Shown: positions 49,071 to 63,532, counted from the stretch's first letter. The stretch is 64,000 nucleotides of DNA from Lytechinus pictus (GCF_037042905.1 NC_087245.1:37016001-37080000); one strand, 5' to 3'. Numbers and translations are program-made. Notes: generated from the sequence alone by a model not told the origin.

Positions 49071-52000
49071 TATGGATCAATTTTTAGAATAATTCTTCCT
49101 GCTCGATTTTGTAGCTATTGCAACAAAGTCAAATATTTTGTTATTATCTTTATTAGTGTATTTGATTATCAATATCAAATTTTGTATAGACCCTCGCCTC
49201 TCCCCATCGGATAACGGTAGGCCTATACCGCCTATTATGAAGTCGAACTTGTAATATCGATGAGACATAATCAAATCAAATTAAAGATAATTCATGAAAA
49301 TTCGTAGTTTTAATGTATACGAAGCATTGAAATAAACATGCTAAACTTGTCTATTTTCTTTCACAATAGGAATGTACATTTTGAACATTAAGGGTAAAAA
49401 ACAAAGACACGCTGTTATTCTAAAGTCATCATCAATCACACGACACGATTATTTAGATTTAAGTTGATCCATTATTTTGTTTGACTTCTGAAGTAATTTC
49501 AGTCGGAAGGAAATGATGTATGCTACCGGAACCGGAGGAATTCAAAATAATGCATGTCAAGATGTAGTTATGTAGATAGAACTCAACTAAAATTGAAAAA
49601 CAAAATTATTAAGTTTATTTCTATCTCAATCCTCCCTATACATTTTGAACAAACAAAGAAACGGTGTTATTCCAAATGTCATCATCAATCACTAGATTAC
49701 CTAGATTTAAGTTGATCCATTATATTGTTTGACTCCTCAAGTTAGTTCAGTCGGAAGGAAATGATGTTTGCTACCGGAGGATTTAAGTTTTGAGGAGAGA
49801 ACACACGTGTGTGACGAATGTGAATGAACAAGGTTTGACATGAAGATGAAATAATTCCTCGACCCTGTAAAGTTAAAAAGTGTAACACAGAGAAAATAAA
49901 GAGACCATATAGCATTGAAAACAATGTACTTCATCAATGAATAATGCTTACCGTACAAACAACTGGAGCCAAATCAATTAAAAAGCCCGAGACAGAATTC
50001 TTGCTCAAAATCCCAATTTTACTTTGCAGAATTGTTTATAGCTGTGCTCCAAAGCACTTGCGTGACGTATTCGTGATGGGGAGGGGGAGTGCTTCCCCCC
50101 CCCCCCATTGTATTTTTTTTTATTGTTATTTTTTTCATAGAATATCATTTAGAGATTGCTAAGGCTTTGGCTAAGGAATGGAAATGTGAATATTGGGGTA
50201 ACTTTAACAGTCCAATTTTACAACAGTATATTAATAACGATTTTTTTTTTTCATCTGTGAATTATTATGAAAATTTTATTATAACTAATTATGCGCCCTC
50301 TTTCGAATATTCATTTTTTGCTTTCCAAATGGCCATTCGGACACTCAATCTAATTTAGTGTTCAAGCTGTAATAGAGATTATTTCCTGATATTTTCAGTC
50401 CATTTAATGCCTGAGACGTGGTTTATAGGACTACCAAGACAAAAAATAAAACTTCCACTTAAATATAATCCAATTTCACAGGTTTAGGGCATCCACATAC
50501 ACTGGAATAAGGACTTACATTAGAGAGGTTTAAGCCTGAGGAAGAAAATATCTGGCCATTTTGAATTCTTTTTAGTGCAAAACTAATGGTCAAATTCAAG
50601 TTACTCGACTCTCACTTCAAATGCTTGCAAATTTTCTAAAATAGCTTACCACATCAAAAATCAGCCCGCCCCCCTTCAAATTTTGACTCACTTCGCCAAT
50701 GTTAAAAAGTGCGCAAAACAACATTAGTGAATGCGGCAAACATGGCAAAAGGCTGGCAAAATCATGGAGCTATTAGCTCCATGCTTAAGTATACTCTGTT
50801 CAACTTTTAAAGTGCCGCATATTGCTGGTCTGTTGTTATTCCTTTCCTTAATCCTAACAAAGTGGGAGAAAATTGAAAGCTTGTCTCTTGAAAAGGAGAT
50901 TTAATGATCCAGAGCAAAAGAATAAGTGAAAAGCGCAACGCCAATTGGAGAAGGATATTGTATTCATTATATTTTTCTCGACCAAACAAAACATGTATCG
51001 ATTAGGTTCTATAGTTTGTATACAGAGAGAATGAATGGTGGTCAATCGCTAATGCATTAAGCTTCTTAAAACGGAAACTCAATGATCTATTGGTCTTTTT
51101 CTTTTTATGTCAATATATACGCTTGTTTGGGCAAATGGATTTTATGTATTCTGACAGTTTTACAATAGACCATTTTCCTCCTTTCTCTAAATATTTTGGC
51201 AAGAGTTAAAATGTTCGACTGTGGCGATACATTTTCCTTATTTTTTTAAATGGACAATGATTTGTCAGTTCAATGTATTCCAAATTGCAGAGTGAAACAG
51301 AATCCCGGAAGGATGGGCGTTAACCTATTTTATCATACATTTTTTTCTGTTTACGTTACTTATATTGCAAATAAAATAAATATGTCAGTCAAATGCGTTT
51401 AAATAGTGTTCGCAGATATGACAAATAGCGTGTGATTCCAAAACCATTGATACAAATGTCTGAAATTGTTATGTTTTTGTACACGGTTTGGTAAGAAAAA
51501 AAAGTGGGGGCTGAAGTACCCCAGCCTGACCCCAGCCCACCCCACCCCCTCCCGGCTCCGCGGCCCTGTACAGAGTTATTACAGTATGAAGGTATAGTTT
51601 GATCATGCATGTAAAATGTTTGGAGTCAAAAGTTTTAATTTGAGAATTTTTACATCATTAAAGTGAGAAAAAAGTATGTGAATAGCGTGTTTGTTCAAAC
51701 CCAATTAGCATTTGTAAAAAAGAAAAAAGAACTTGAACTCCAATGAAATAATGTTTGTTCTTCTTCCAGACGAGAGTGCAAACTCCGCGCGTGTCGCCTT
51801 TTTGCTTGACGATAATGTGCGTGCGTCTCGGATTATCAATTTGCCTTTAAGTTTGTCGTGCACTTCAAATCAACAGGAGTTAGAGTCATTAGACTGGATT
51901 AATGATAGGAGATGTAATCCTCTCCGCTGCCTTGAGAGAATCTTGGATTTACATATTACAATTGGATTCATATTTCTGGTGCGTATACTTCGTATATATA

Positions 52001-53581
52001 TCTAGAGTCTTGTACTTATCGTATGCGAGTTGAGTGACTTCCCGTATACATGATATATATGCAACCTGATACAAAAATATGAGTCAGTGTGATCTTATTG
52101 ATAATGATAGCAGAGGGGAAGAGGATGATGATCAATGAAAATGATTATCAAACCGAGTTTTTTTTTTCATAATCAATGAAATATTATCATGATATCTCAG
52201 ATTCAATAGGCCTGCACGCAATCAGTATAAAACATTTAAATATAATTATATTCATTTTTAATCCTGCTCGTTCTTTTATAAAACTATCAATAATGGACTT
52301 GAATATACTTTAAATGTAGAGTATAGACATAAAGGGGAGGGTGCTCTATACCAGGGGGAGGGGTGGGAGGTAGAACATCACTGTTTTTTATCATTGTTTT
52401 TTTTCTCTCTCTCTCTCTTTTCATTTAATACATCATCTTTATATTTCATTTTGTAATTGTTGAAACGCATAATTTTCAGTATTAATTTCCGGTATCTTCA
52501 AAGTTTGGTGGATTTGTATAATTATATGGGATGTGGATTTATTGTATAACTTATAATCATGTTTCAAATAATTTGGACAACTTGTTCATGAAATGTAAAT
52601 GTGTATTTTGATTTGAGAGAATACAATAAAAACACCCTTTTAAAAAAATATACAGGGAAGTGCATTACACAACAGGTCCTATTCTAATCATATGAAATTT
52701 CGTCGAATAAAAATTACAAAAAAAACCCTCTCTAACTTTTACTGTATCGGGTATATCAACTGCCGATTGAATGTAACCATTGTGTTTGACTATAAATGTA
52801 TATATATATATATATAATCATCAAACAGAATATATCATGTGCCATACTTATCATCTTTCAGTAGATTGTTTTGATGGAGCTGTATTATAGAGATCAGTGT
52901 GGGGAGATATGGATTTATGAAAAAAGAGCAAGAGATAGAAGGGGTGGATGAAGACATGCAAGTCGGGGGGGGGAGTAGCATGTAGCTGCGATGGATGTGA
53001 AAGCGTTCAGTATCACATTAACTGTGATCAAACCTACTATCAATTTTTCATTTTTCAATTTCAATTTTCAATTTATTTCATTTTCAACAGAACAAAGTAA
53101 AGTGGTCGGAATAATTACAATGAACTTATACAGACAATATAAATTGAGGCATGTTTATCTATAAGTAAAACAAAACAGAGTATTATATATAAGAAAAATA
53201 TCATAAACATCATCAAATAAAATTCTGAGAAAATGGAGGGATACACTAAATAGCAGTGCTTGTATTGTGTGGAACCCTCTAAATGATTATTTCAGAATTG
53301 CCTATATACGGTTTCCCTTTACAACACCCTTTACAACACTCACTTAGATTTTCCACATATAGATGAGCTATATCATGCTGGTTCTTTGAAACATTTTACT
53401 CGGTTTCGCTATCTGGCTTTATCGGTTGTTTCCTTTAATGTCGATTCTGTGCATTTCCTATATGTACACCATTCATGTAAAAGAGGTCAAAATTAAACCT
53501 ACTTAATCTACTTCCTCCACTGTATAGGATATTCAATTTCAATCATTCAATCGATCCACCTTCGAACACATAGCCCTCCCC

Positions 53582-53981
53582 CGCATACATTCGTAATTCC
53601 GAAGCTTCGTTATTCCGAAGGTTCGTAATTCCGAAGGTTCGTTAGTCCGAAAACGTAATGATTAATGAACCTTATTTCGTTTTCGGACTAACGAACCTTC
53701 GGAACAACGAACCTTATTTCGTTTTCGGATTAACGAACCTTCGGAACAATAAACCTTATTTCGTTTTCGAACTAACGAGCCTTCGGAACATCGAACCTTA
53801 TTTCGTTTTCGGATTATCAAACCTTCGGAATAACGCCACAAATGTTCGGATTAACGAACCCTTTTACGTTTTCGGATTAACGAACATCGAGGTATAGGCA
53901 ATTTACGTGTTTCGGAATTACGAACCTTCGGAATAAAGAACCTTCGGAATTACGAACCTTCGGAATTACGAAGTGTAACCG
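53582..53981. mobile_element. 400-bp non-autonomous DNA element with 16-bp subterminal and 39-bp internal repeats
   Basis: TTCGTAATTCCGAAGG repeats inverted at the two ends; asymmetric termini CGCATACA / GTGTAACCG; flanks CCCTCCCC / CCATCCCC (8 bp, one mismatch). Confidence 0.75.
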
Positions 53982-53992
53982 CCATCCCCAAT

Positions 53993-54688
53993 GGCCCGTA
54001 TTCTGAACTCAGGTTTAAATTAAACCCTGGTTTAAAGTTGTGGTTTAACTATGGAGAGCCAACTGGGGCACAAATCCCTAACAGTACACATCCAATTTTT
54101 TTAACTCATATGACATCCAAATTGTTCATAATTGCCTGGGAATGAGAACTGAAGTATTTTTCTTCATTATGAAAGCAAAATGAAACAGAATAGTAAACAT
54201 AAGAAATAGACAATATAAACATAATTTTTGAACTTTTGGCTCGCCATAATTTTAGCACAAAGTTTAGTTAGACCGTGGTCTACGTTAAAGGTATTGTTTA
54301 ACTTTGTGAGCAGCCGATTTAAAAAATTCTCAAACCAAGATGAAACATGTGTACAAGTGCATGTATTAGAACTAATAACCCTGAAAACAACCATTATTGA
54401 GAATGAAAAGCTAAAACTACAAAGCAAAATCCGATTTTGTAAATAGGTGTCTTATAGACGCCTAAACAGTACACATAAGTGTATGGGATGAAATTAAGAT
54501 GGTGTTTTCGGTCACTTTATATTTCAATTTTTTAAGCACTAAATAATTATTTTCGAACGCAATGTTTTCTGTGCTTCATTTTTGTAACATATCACAGACA
54601 CAGGTGACAAGTGTGACCTAGCTCATATTTTTTTAAGTCAAACCAATGTTAACCAATCACTTTAAACCTGACTTCAGAATACGGGCCA
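53993..54688. mobile_element. MITE (GGCCCGTATTCTGAA TIR) with a nested TTAA element at 54289-54661
   Basis: Outer TIR GGCCCGTATTCTGAA / TTCAGAATACGGGCC; inner AGGTATTGTTTAAC / GTTAACCAATCACT between duplicated TTAA. Confidence 0.8.
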
Positions 54689-57600
54689 CTGAGTTAAAAA
54701 AAAATGTAATGTCAAGAACTGTGTCGGCCCTTTAGCGGTTTATCTTTGCTGTATTTCGTAAGAGAAATATCTCCCTTGCAAAAAATACCCAATTTGTTTA
54801 TTATAAACAGAGTGATTGTCATATGTTTTCTATAGGACATTGTATTCGTATATAGCTATATGACTTTTACTTTTACTATATGGCTATTGTACAGGATAGG
54901 TTTATGATGCGGTAGTGTTGCATTTTGGAGGGGTATAGTTATTGTTTGCATCGGGTATTATTTTTGTGGTTATTTGAATGATTCGCTTTTGAAAATCATC
55001 TTAAAAAGTATACACATTTTCCAAGATTTGTTGACTTATCTATAATTATCTGGTATATATAAATAAATATATATATATTATACACGGGTAAATTTTGCTA
55101 GTCATTGATATCATTTAAAGTGTGTCCAGTGAAACAACAACGATGCAAACCTTGACTTTTATCGCACTAGAATTTTTTTTTTTTTTTCATTTTGTAAAAG
55201 TATACTGTCAATCGCGATATCATTGCCAAGAATTAAAATGTGTTTCCAGATATACCTTATCATTTAATTGCATGCAGTATCGTAATTACATAACATCCAA
55301 TTAAAAGGAACTGTGCAAAAGTTTATGTGCTGTTGAGATTCACCAACCGTCACTAACCTAGCTCCAAAATATAAATAGATTTTGACATACTTACTGTTCA
55401 GCAATTTAATATTTTAAGTTAAACAAACAATCAAGAATCTGCAATCACTCAAATATCTCATCTTATCTCCTTTTAGCGGTGTGTAAATTGACTAATCACT
55501 TATATCTCGTCCTAAAACTCAAAGATATCTGTATTATATCTGCACTTGATTCCAAAGTCTGATTCTAAACTCGTAACGCCTAATGATTCTTGCTCATAAT
55601 GACTTAAATCTTATTTTACGGCATTGTTTTGTCAATAAAATCATGGTCACAGAGACTTAACACAGTTATAAACTTACATGGCAGAAGAAACGAACAAAAG
55701 GAATGGCACATCTTGGATGTTACATTAATTGATACGATTGATATTTACGATCGATTGTTACTGTTTTGGACACGGTTTGCCAATGAAGTGCTTTTACGCT
55801 TGATTGAAATTGATTGTATGTTTTATGTTACCATGGTTACATGGCAAATGTTAAGTTACTCTAACCTTACCATAGTTTGTAACTTTGTTATCCACAGTAA
55901 CGATCATAAATTGTTGAGTATGATTTACTCGTGATGGAAGTAGCATGTTGTATTTGCTATTTGTGGTTGAGTTTGCCTAAAGTGGTCTTCATTTCACGTA
56001 ACAGGGGGATTGTTTTTACTATACATTTACAATAATTTCGATGAACCATGTTTGATTTTCACTTAAACTATACGTCTGAAAATTTGTGTGGACGCACTGC
56101 TAAGCTTGTATATCATACGCTTAGGGCATCTGAACACGCACTGTATATACTAAATTATAAATCATAATGAAGGCCCCCATTATTATTTTTTTGGGGGAGT
56201 GGGGTGGGGCTTTACAAACATGACTATTTTGCAAAATATGATTTAAAATGATATCTTGAATATCATAATTTAAATGGTAAATGGTATCTGGTTCTGGTCA
56301 CCTTATCATCAATGGGTTGAGTTCAAGTACCAATTATAGATATTTTTTTTTATCAGAATGAAAAACAGATAGCTAGACTATTTAGTCATTTCATTTTATT
56401 TGTTTTCCAGTTCCAACAAATAAAATTTATCAGTTCGTGCCTTATATATCATACAATTATAATCTTTGGAAATTATTTTATAATTGCGGACGATTGAGGA
56501 CAAGATTTGTTGGGGCAAGTTGACTGCTGAAAGGGCGACTTTTTAGATAACACCCCCCCCCCCCCGTTTTTTTCTTTCTTCTTCTTCCAGAGAGTATCCA
56601 TGGTGTATTCATAACTAAAATTTATAACACCAATCCCTTCCGCGTTCCATGTCATCAATGATCAAATTATGGGTGGTATAGAAGGGGGGGGGGGTATCGT
56701 GACAGTAGAGTTTGAAACTGCTGATATGCCCCCCCCCCCCACTAGCTTCCAACATTAAATAAACGGTTTAATCATCATTTATGAAATTATCTTTATTCAT
56801 TCATTTTATTGAGCATAGGGGGGTTTCTCTTGGGAACCTGCATGTATAGACATGAATGCCTGCAATCATCCAATGGTATACCCTTATCAAGTATTCAACC
56901 TGAGACTGAAGAAAACAAAATACTAAACCAACCTCGTCACCTCGAGAGTGATCACAGAGATATTGAAATAATCTTGATTTCCTTTCGTTCATTCACGCAC
57001 AATTATTCTTGCATCTTTTGCACGTGACACAGTTTCTTTGTTTGGGGTTCATTGTAACATGACTGATGTCATATGGATGAAGACATGCAAGGATAAAACG
57101 AATTACTGATTCACAACAAGTGTAAACGGTAAATCACTTACCGTCTTAACCTTAACGCGATTTCCATCTGCATCCCTCATTATACGTGGATTGAATGGGC
57201 GAGATGTGGGGGCTTCATCACAAACATTGAAATCGAAGTTCAATGTGATTTTATAGAGGGAGCAGTGATACAAAAATACGTCGTTATCGTCGTTGTCTTT
57301 TATCGATGGTCAACCTATCCTTTCGAGAACATGATTATGACCCCAAACACTTGAAAAACTTTTTTTTTTCACACCCCAGTCCGCCCCTCCCTCAACCTGT
57401 GTATTTTTCTTTCGTCAGTACTTCTGCCGGTGACACAAGAGGGCGCACTATCAGGGGCTGTGAAATTGCCCCCCTGCCTCCTATATTCTTATGTCTATCT
57501 ATCTCTGTATTGTCTCCTCATAATTCTTCTTCTCTTTTTTTCCAATTGTTCTTGTCTTCGCTGTGTCGATATAATCATTCCAATATTTTGTTTTGCTTAG

Positions 57601-58311
57601 TCAAAACAAAGCATGTTATGATTCTTGATTCTTATTTCATCAATATTTTGGTGTCTTGAATGGTGTACATAACACAGTGCCAAGCGAACAGAAAATGCAG
57701 CAGCTGTGTATTACATCAAGATTGTAGTAGCACAGGATCGCATTCATCAATGCGTGAAAGGAACAAATTATAAGTGAAATGGATCATTTTCGCCACCTGT
57801 ATGAAGGTAATAATCAATTAATTTCAATTTGATGCATTTTTGGCAGAGACTCAGACCGATGCAGAGTAGCGATGGCGGTTGATTTGTTTTCAAACAGAAA
57901 AAGAAATGCATTCATGCAGCCAAACCAGTCGATGTGCATTATATTCTCGTTCTAATTTAATTAATCCAATCGATTACACTTAGACTATTATAAAACACTC
58001 ACAATGGATAAGTATATATGCATCATATCAAATTACGCTAAAGCTGTCTTGGTAAAGTACATTTGCCATTCATCCGGCATTCATCTCCAAACGGCATGCG
58101 TTGCAGTCGCACCTACGAAATCGATGTGAGACCGATACCAATTGTTACGTCATTTTCAATGACAAACGATCGGTTGGTTGTAGTTGGTATCAGTGGTGTG
58201 ACCGATATCACGAGGACAGTGTGACACTTCATTAGGGTACGCCCTGGAATCAAATTGAATTATATTGTGCAAGTAAATGGTATAAGAGACAATTTACTCA
58301 TCACTGACCAT

Positions 58312-58495
58312 CACTAGCGTACCTACGGGGGGGGGGGGGCAGAGGGGCAGTCTGCCCCCCCCCCCCCCCCTGACGAGCCACCACCCATGCAAAGCCACCA
58401 CACATGCATGTATCCCTGCCCCCCTGACGAGCTTGAAAGACATTTTTGCCCCCCCCCCCTGACGAAAATCCTGGAAAATCCTAGGTACGCCAGTG
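58312..58495. mobile_element. 184-bp hAT-like MITE
   Basis: TIR CACTAGCGTACCTA / TAGGTACGCCAGTG; perfect 8-bp TSD CTGACCAT; three internal CCCCCTGACGA motifs. Confidence 0.9.
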
Positions 58496-61119
58496 CTGAC
58501 CATCGTTTCTTAAAATTGTGTGACATTTCCATGCTGTACCACTCCGGGCTATGCTTGTAGTCTTCGGGCATATAGACCCTGAATGAAACTTTGATCAAAA
58601 AGTGGTACTTCGCACAAGACTAGCACATACCATGGACCTATTCAATTTAGGCTGTTGAATAATTGATTTGAAAAGGGAGTTTAGTTAAAGTTTCAGTATC
58701 GGTTTCAGTATTGGCTATTCTGAATAAAGGAAATCGAAATATGAATATAATATCTCTATCTTCTCGTATTGAAATTAACATGATATTATTCCCTCCTCCT
58801 TCTTAATTCACTTTGAGTTTAATTTCACACACTGGCATGCATATGGGAGCTAGGAGCCTGGCGCCCCAAAAGTTCCACGACTAAGAAAAAAAAAGCGAAA
58901 AGGAGAGAAATAAAAGGGGCAAAATATGAAATTATTTGTTGAAAATGAAGTTAAAAAGTGGTCAAAGGAATATAATTCCGTTTTAAAAAGGCAAATATTT
59001 TGCTTGCTCGCTTTGTTCTTATACACCTCGTTGTAGCCCCCGCAAAGTCTTAGGCTCATTACGCCACCGATTTCAAATTAATCATTTTTTTAAAACCCCA
59101 TCATGCCTATCGTCTGTAGCCCCCCCCCTCTCTGTCTCTCTCTCTCTCTCTCTGCCCCCCTCCCCTCTCCCTCCTCTTTCATTGTCGTACTAGTCTTGCG
59201 TTGTTTTGATTCATTTCTATTCCCCGAATCTCTCGTGTAATGAAAAGCACAACCAACAAAGAAAAGAATGAATAAATTCACGACAAATGTTTCCGATTCG
59301 TTTCTGCGATTGTTGAGTGCGAATGGAAAGTCCTTCATAATCATGACTGACGCCAGTCCAGTAATCCTTTCAAACCAAGTCTGTTTTCAGATTTAAAAAA
59401 TATGAATTCGACCACCAGGAGCGTTTATCCTACCCTTTTTCTTACACTATAGTAAAAAGAGATCAAGTGCTATAGGGGCTCGACCTTAAACTGTTTTAAC
59501 AACGTCACCCAACGTATGGTAACAATATCTCGAAGCACATTTCCCTTTCATCTCTTTATCGTAATGTAGATATAAGGTAATGCCATTTTCATTGGTTTTG
59601 AATTTTAAGGCTTATGAATTGATGTTCTGAATTTATTGTAAATTTTTTTTTGTAGAATCGTGAAGAATGAAAATACATTTTTTTCTCAAGGGTATGAGAA
59701 TGATTAACTTTTAAACATTTACTGAAGATATGATTTGAGCTGTTTTAGTTGAGCTATATACTCCGTCACGGAGGTGACAATTTCATGTCGAATTAACTGT
59801 CGCAGTCATCTCGATTTATACCTTAAAAAATGTTTTGATTATTATGGAGACCAATAAGCCACTGACGTACAAATGGGGGATTGGGGAGGACTCTGCACCT
59901 CTACCCCCCCAAAAAAAAAATCCACGACCAAGAAAAAGGAAATTAAAAGAAAGAGGGAGAGACAGAAAAGTAAAGGGAAAGGAAAGGGAAAAGGGTGAAA
60001 TATGATTTTTTTTGTTGTTGAATGTTACGTCAAAATCTATCACAATAGAATATTTTCATTTTTAAAAGGCCCTTATTTCGCTTGCTCGCAACTTTTTGTA
60101 AGTTTTCTAGTTTCTCACAATAGCCATATTGATGATGATGATCCACAGAATTTACATTGCGCCATATTTCTGTTCAAATACATCCATAGGCGCAGGCTCA
60201 TCCAATTAAGCTAATTACAACACATCTGCTGAAATAAGTGAGTTTTGAGAGACGATTTGAAGAGTTGTCAATTTCACGGAGTGAAGAAGGGAGGGAGTTC
60301 AATTTTTTAATTTAATTTTTCATTTCCATTTCAAAGACAAGAAAACATCTATTTCTTAAAAATTCAAGTAAATGTGATTTAATTCATGATGCACATGATT
60401 TCGTTATACCCCGTTGCTTGTAATTTCATATGACTGGAGTGACCTCTACGAAAATGGACTTGAATATTGTGGGAATCGATGGAAGCTTAACCATGTTTAT
60501 CGTGAACTCCTCGGAGTCAACCGACCCTCCTTGATCACCCCCCAAAATCGAGAAATTGAAAAGTGATTATTTCGATGAAAGACTGGACTAATATTTTTGT
60601 AAGAAAAGAAAACGGTCCGAGGGCCCATTTTCTTTATTCTGGCAGAGAGACTCTTGACAAATTCAGAACACATGAAATCACTTAAACAAGTCCACTTTGG
60701 ACAGCCCTCCTTGATGTCGAGACACACGTAACTCGTAGTCTAAGTAACTAGACACTTTTACTCACATATTAAGACGAATTCAGTGATTCAATATAATGCT
60801 TGGGCGGTGTCACGTGGTATTGTTAATTGTAACATAGTAGGCATAAACAGCTTGACCCCACTAGTATTCTTTTTCATTGTACAAACCTTTTTAATTTACG
60901 ATTTGAATTTCATTGATCAAAGATATACTTTAATTAACTATTTATTGCAGGGAACCCATACTAACAAGCTTTGCTTTCCAGTGGGTTCCCTTTTTTCATT
61001 TCTGCATATTATATTTTTGTGTTTTGCTATACATTGTAACTTTTCTTAAATTTTGGAATGAAAAAGAATAAATGCAATCAATCAATCAATCAATCAATGG
61101 AAAGAAGGAAGGAGGGATA

Positions 61120-61730
61120 TTAAAGGTCAAGTCCACCTCAGAAAAATATTGATTAGAATCAATAGAGAAAAATCAGACAAGCACAATGCTGAAAATTTCA
61201 TCAAAATCGGATGTAAATTAAGAAAGTTATGACATTTCAAAGTTTCACTTATTTTTCACAAAATAGTTATATGAACGAGTCAGTTACATCCAAATGAGAG
61301 ACTTGATGATGTCACTCACTCACTATTTCTTTTGTTTTTTATTGTTTGAAATATACAATATTTCAAATTTTACGAAATTGACAATTAGAACCTCCTTGCC
61401 TGAACCACAAAATGTTCAAATAATGGAATTCCACATGTTCAGGGAGGAATGAAACTTCATTTCACATGACAATGACGAAAAAATCAAAATATTTCATATT
61501 TCATATAATAGAATACAAAAGAAATAGTGAGTGAGTGATGTCATCAGTTCCCTCATTTGCATACCAACCGAGATGTGCATATAACTGTTTTGTGAAATGA
61601 AGTGAAACTTTAAAATGTCATAACTTTCTTATTTTACATCCGATTTTGATGAAATTTTCAGTGTTATGCTTGTTGGATTTTTCTCTTTTCATTCAAATCA
61701 AGTTTTTGTTGGGGTGGACTTGTCCTTTAA
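61120..61730. mobile_element. TTAA/Kolobok-like MITE
   Basis: TTAAAGGTCAAGTCCACC...GGTGGACTTGTCCTTTAA. Confidence 0.88.
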
Positions 61731-62065
61731 ATAAATGTGATTTTTAAAAATGTGTTTTTCCAGAATCATGTAATAGGAACACTTGTTCCAAAGGAAAAGG
61801 GATGTCATCAGAACATTAACAGACTGAACATTTTGAGTAAACTAGAAAAGAAAAGGGGCATTTATCAAAAGTAAATAAGGACATAATAAATAAATTAATT
61901 AATTAAAAGTACAAAGGGATGAATTTCATTATCATAAGAAAAAGAAGTAGCAACAGGGAGCAAATCATATTTTGAAAGGGAATATGCGATTAAAGGATGC
62001 ACTTGTAGAAGGAAGCAGAACGCTAAAAAGAAACCGGGCGCCCACAGGTACGAAAAGAGTGGCTT

Positions 62066-62673
62066 TTAAATGGATGCGTGCTCCAGGCTGAAGATATTTA
62101 TAGCTCATTAAATAGAGTAAAATTCACAGAGTAAAATGATGAAAATTTGATAAATATCGGATAACAAATAAAAAAGTTGTTGAATTTTAAAGTTTAACAA
62201 TATTTTGTGAAAACAGTTGTTTGCGCTTCATCTTGACTATTCATTAGGTGGGCTGATGATGTCACATCCCCACTTTTCTTTTTCTTATGTTATTACATGA
62301 AAGCATAATTTTTCATTTCATACATGACTGTTTGTCTCCAATATGAAGAAATAAGTTGCATCAATTAATAACTATTGCTTTTAATCAGTTGTCAGTCCAG
62401 TTGTTTTAATTTTTAAGATAAATCTTTAAAAAAAAACACAATTTCATATAATAAAATACAAAATAACGAGTGGGGATATGACATCAACAGCCCACCTAAT
62501 GAATATTCATGAAGGCATGCCTAGAAGTGTTTCACCAAAATAATGCAAATCTTTGAAATTCAATATCTTCGGTATTTATTATCCGAATTTGATCGAATTT
62601 TCAGCATTTTGCTCTGTGAATTTTACTCTATTTATTGAGATATAAATATCTTCAGCCTGGAGTATCCCTTTAA
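62066..62673. mobile_element. TTAA/Kolobok-like MITE
   Basis: CTCCAGGCTGAAGATATTTAT ... ATAAATATCTTCAGCCTGGAGTATCCCTTTAA. Confidence 0.8.
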
Positions 62674-62679
62674 GGACAA

Positions 62680-63490
62680 CAGGCACCTATGAGAAGGCAA
62701 CGGGCACTGGTTAACACATAAAACGGGTCCTTCTCAGGCGAAAGGGGCACAAAACATGTTCGTGAGGGGCACTTTTCTTGGGTAAAAAGGGGCATTGATA
62801 CGAAAAAGGGCACATAATTTGTCATAAGGCAAATGGGCACTTGCTAAGGGCATGAAACGGGTTCTTAATTCTCAGGTATGAAAGGGGCACAGAACAAGTT
62901 CGTGTGGGGGTACTTTTCTTGGGTAAAAGAGGGCACTGATTCGAAATACCAATTTCCCGGGGTTAAGGAAAATATGTGCAGTGTGCAAAGCATATAACAA
63001 GAAGGCAAAGGGACACCTGGGGGGGGGGGGCGTTTCATGAAAGGACGTGTTGGACGTTTTATCCGACAAGTCCCATTTTATCCGACAGTTACTATAGTAA
63101 CAGTACCTCTCAGCCAATCAACATCAGAGAAAGATGTCAGATCTGACAACTTGTCGGATAAAAATGTTGATGAAACACTCCCCAGTTCACACATAAAACG
63201 GATCGGTCTCAGGTGAAAGGGGTACAGAACACGTTCGTGAGGGACATTTTTGGAAAAGTGGGCACTGATACGATAATGGGAACTTGCTAACACATAAAAC
63301 GGGTCTTTCTCAGGTGAAAGGGGAACAGAACACGTTCGAGAGAGGGCATTTTTGGTAAAATTTGGCACTTATACACGAAAAGGCACTTGGTAACAACACC
63401 TAAAATGGGTCCTACTCATGCAGATGAAAGGGGCACAATAAACGTTCGTGAGGGGGGCATTTTTTGCGTTTAAGGGCACTTTTTCAGTGC
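62680..63490 (+). repeat. Diverged ~105-135-bp GGGCAC-rich tandem array interrupted by a MITE (63027-63183)
   Basis: Repeated AAACGGGT..CTCAGGTGAAAGGGGCACAGAACACGTTCGTGAGGGG units. Confidence 0.7.
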
Positions 63491-63532
63491 TTCAAAAAGA
63501 GGGGGACCCTCCCACCTTAGTATGACAGCTCC

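Noticed and set aside
53640..53900. CRISPR-like 39-bp repeats and the repetitive ORF 53658-53897
   Set aside because: Head-to-tail units without unique spacers; internal to a non-autonomous element.
57141..57240. Possible minus-strand exon (…MRDADGNRVKVKT|GTAAGT)
   Set aside because: An isolated donor with no recognisable homology and no phase-compatible partner exon identified.
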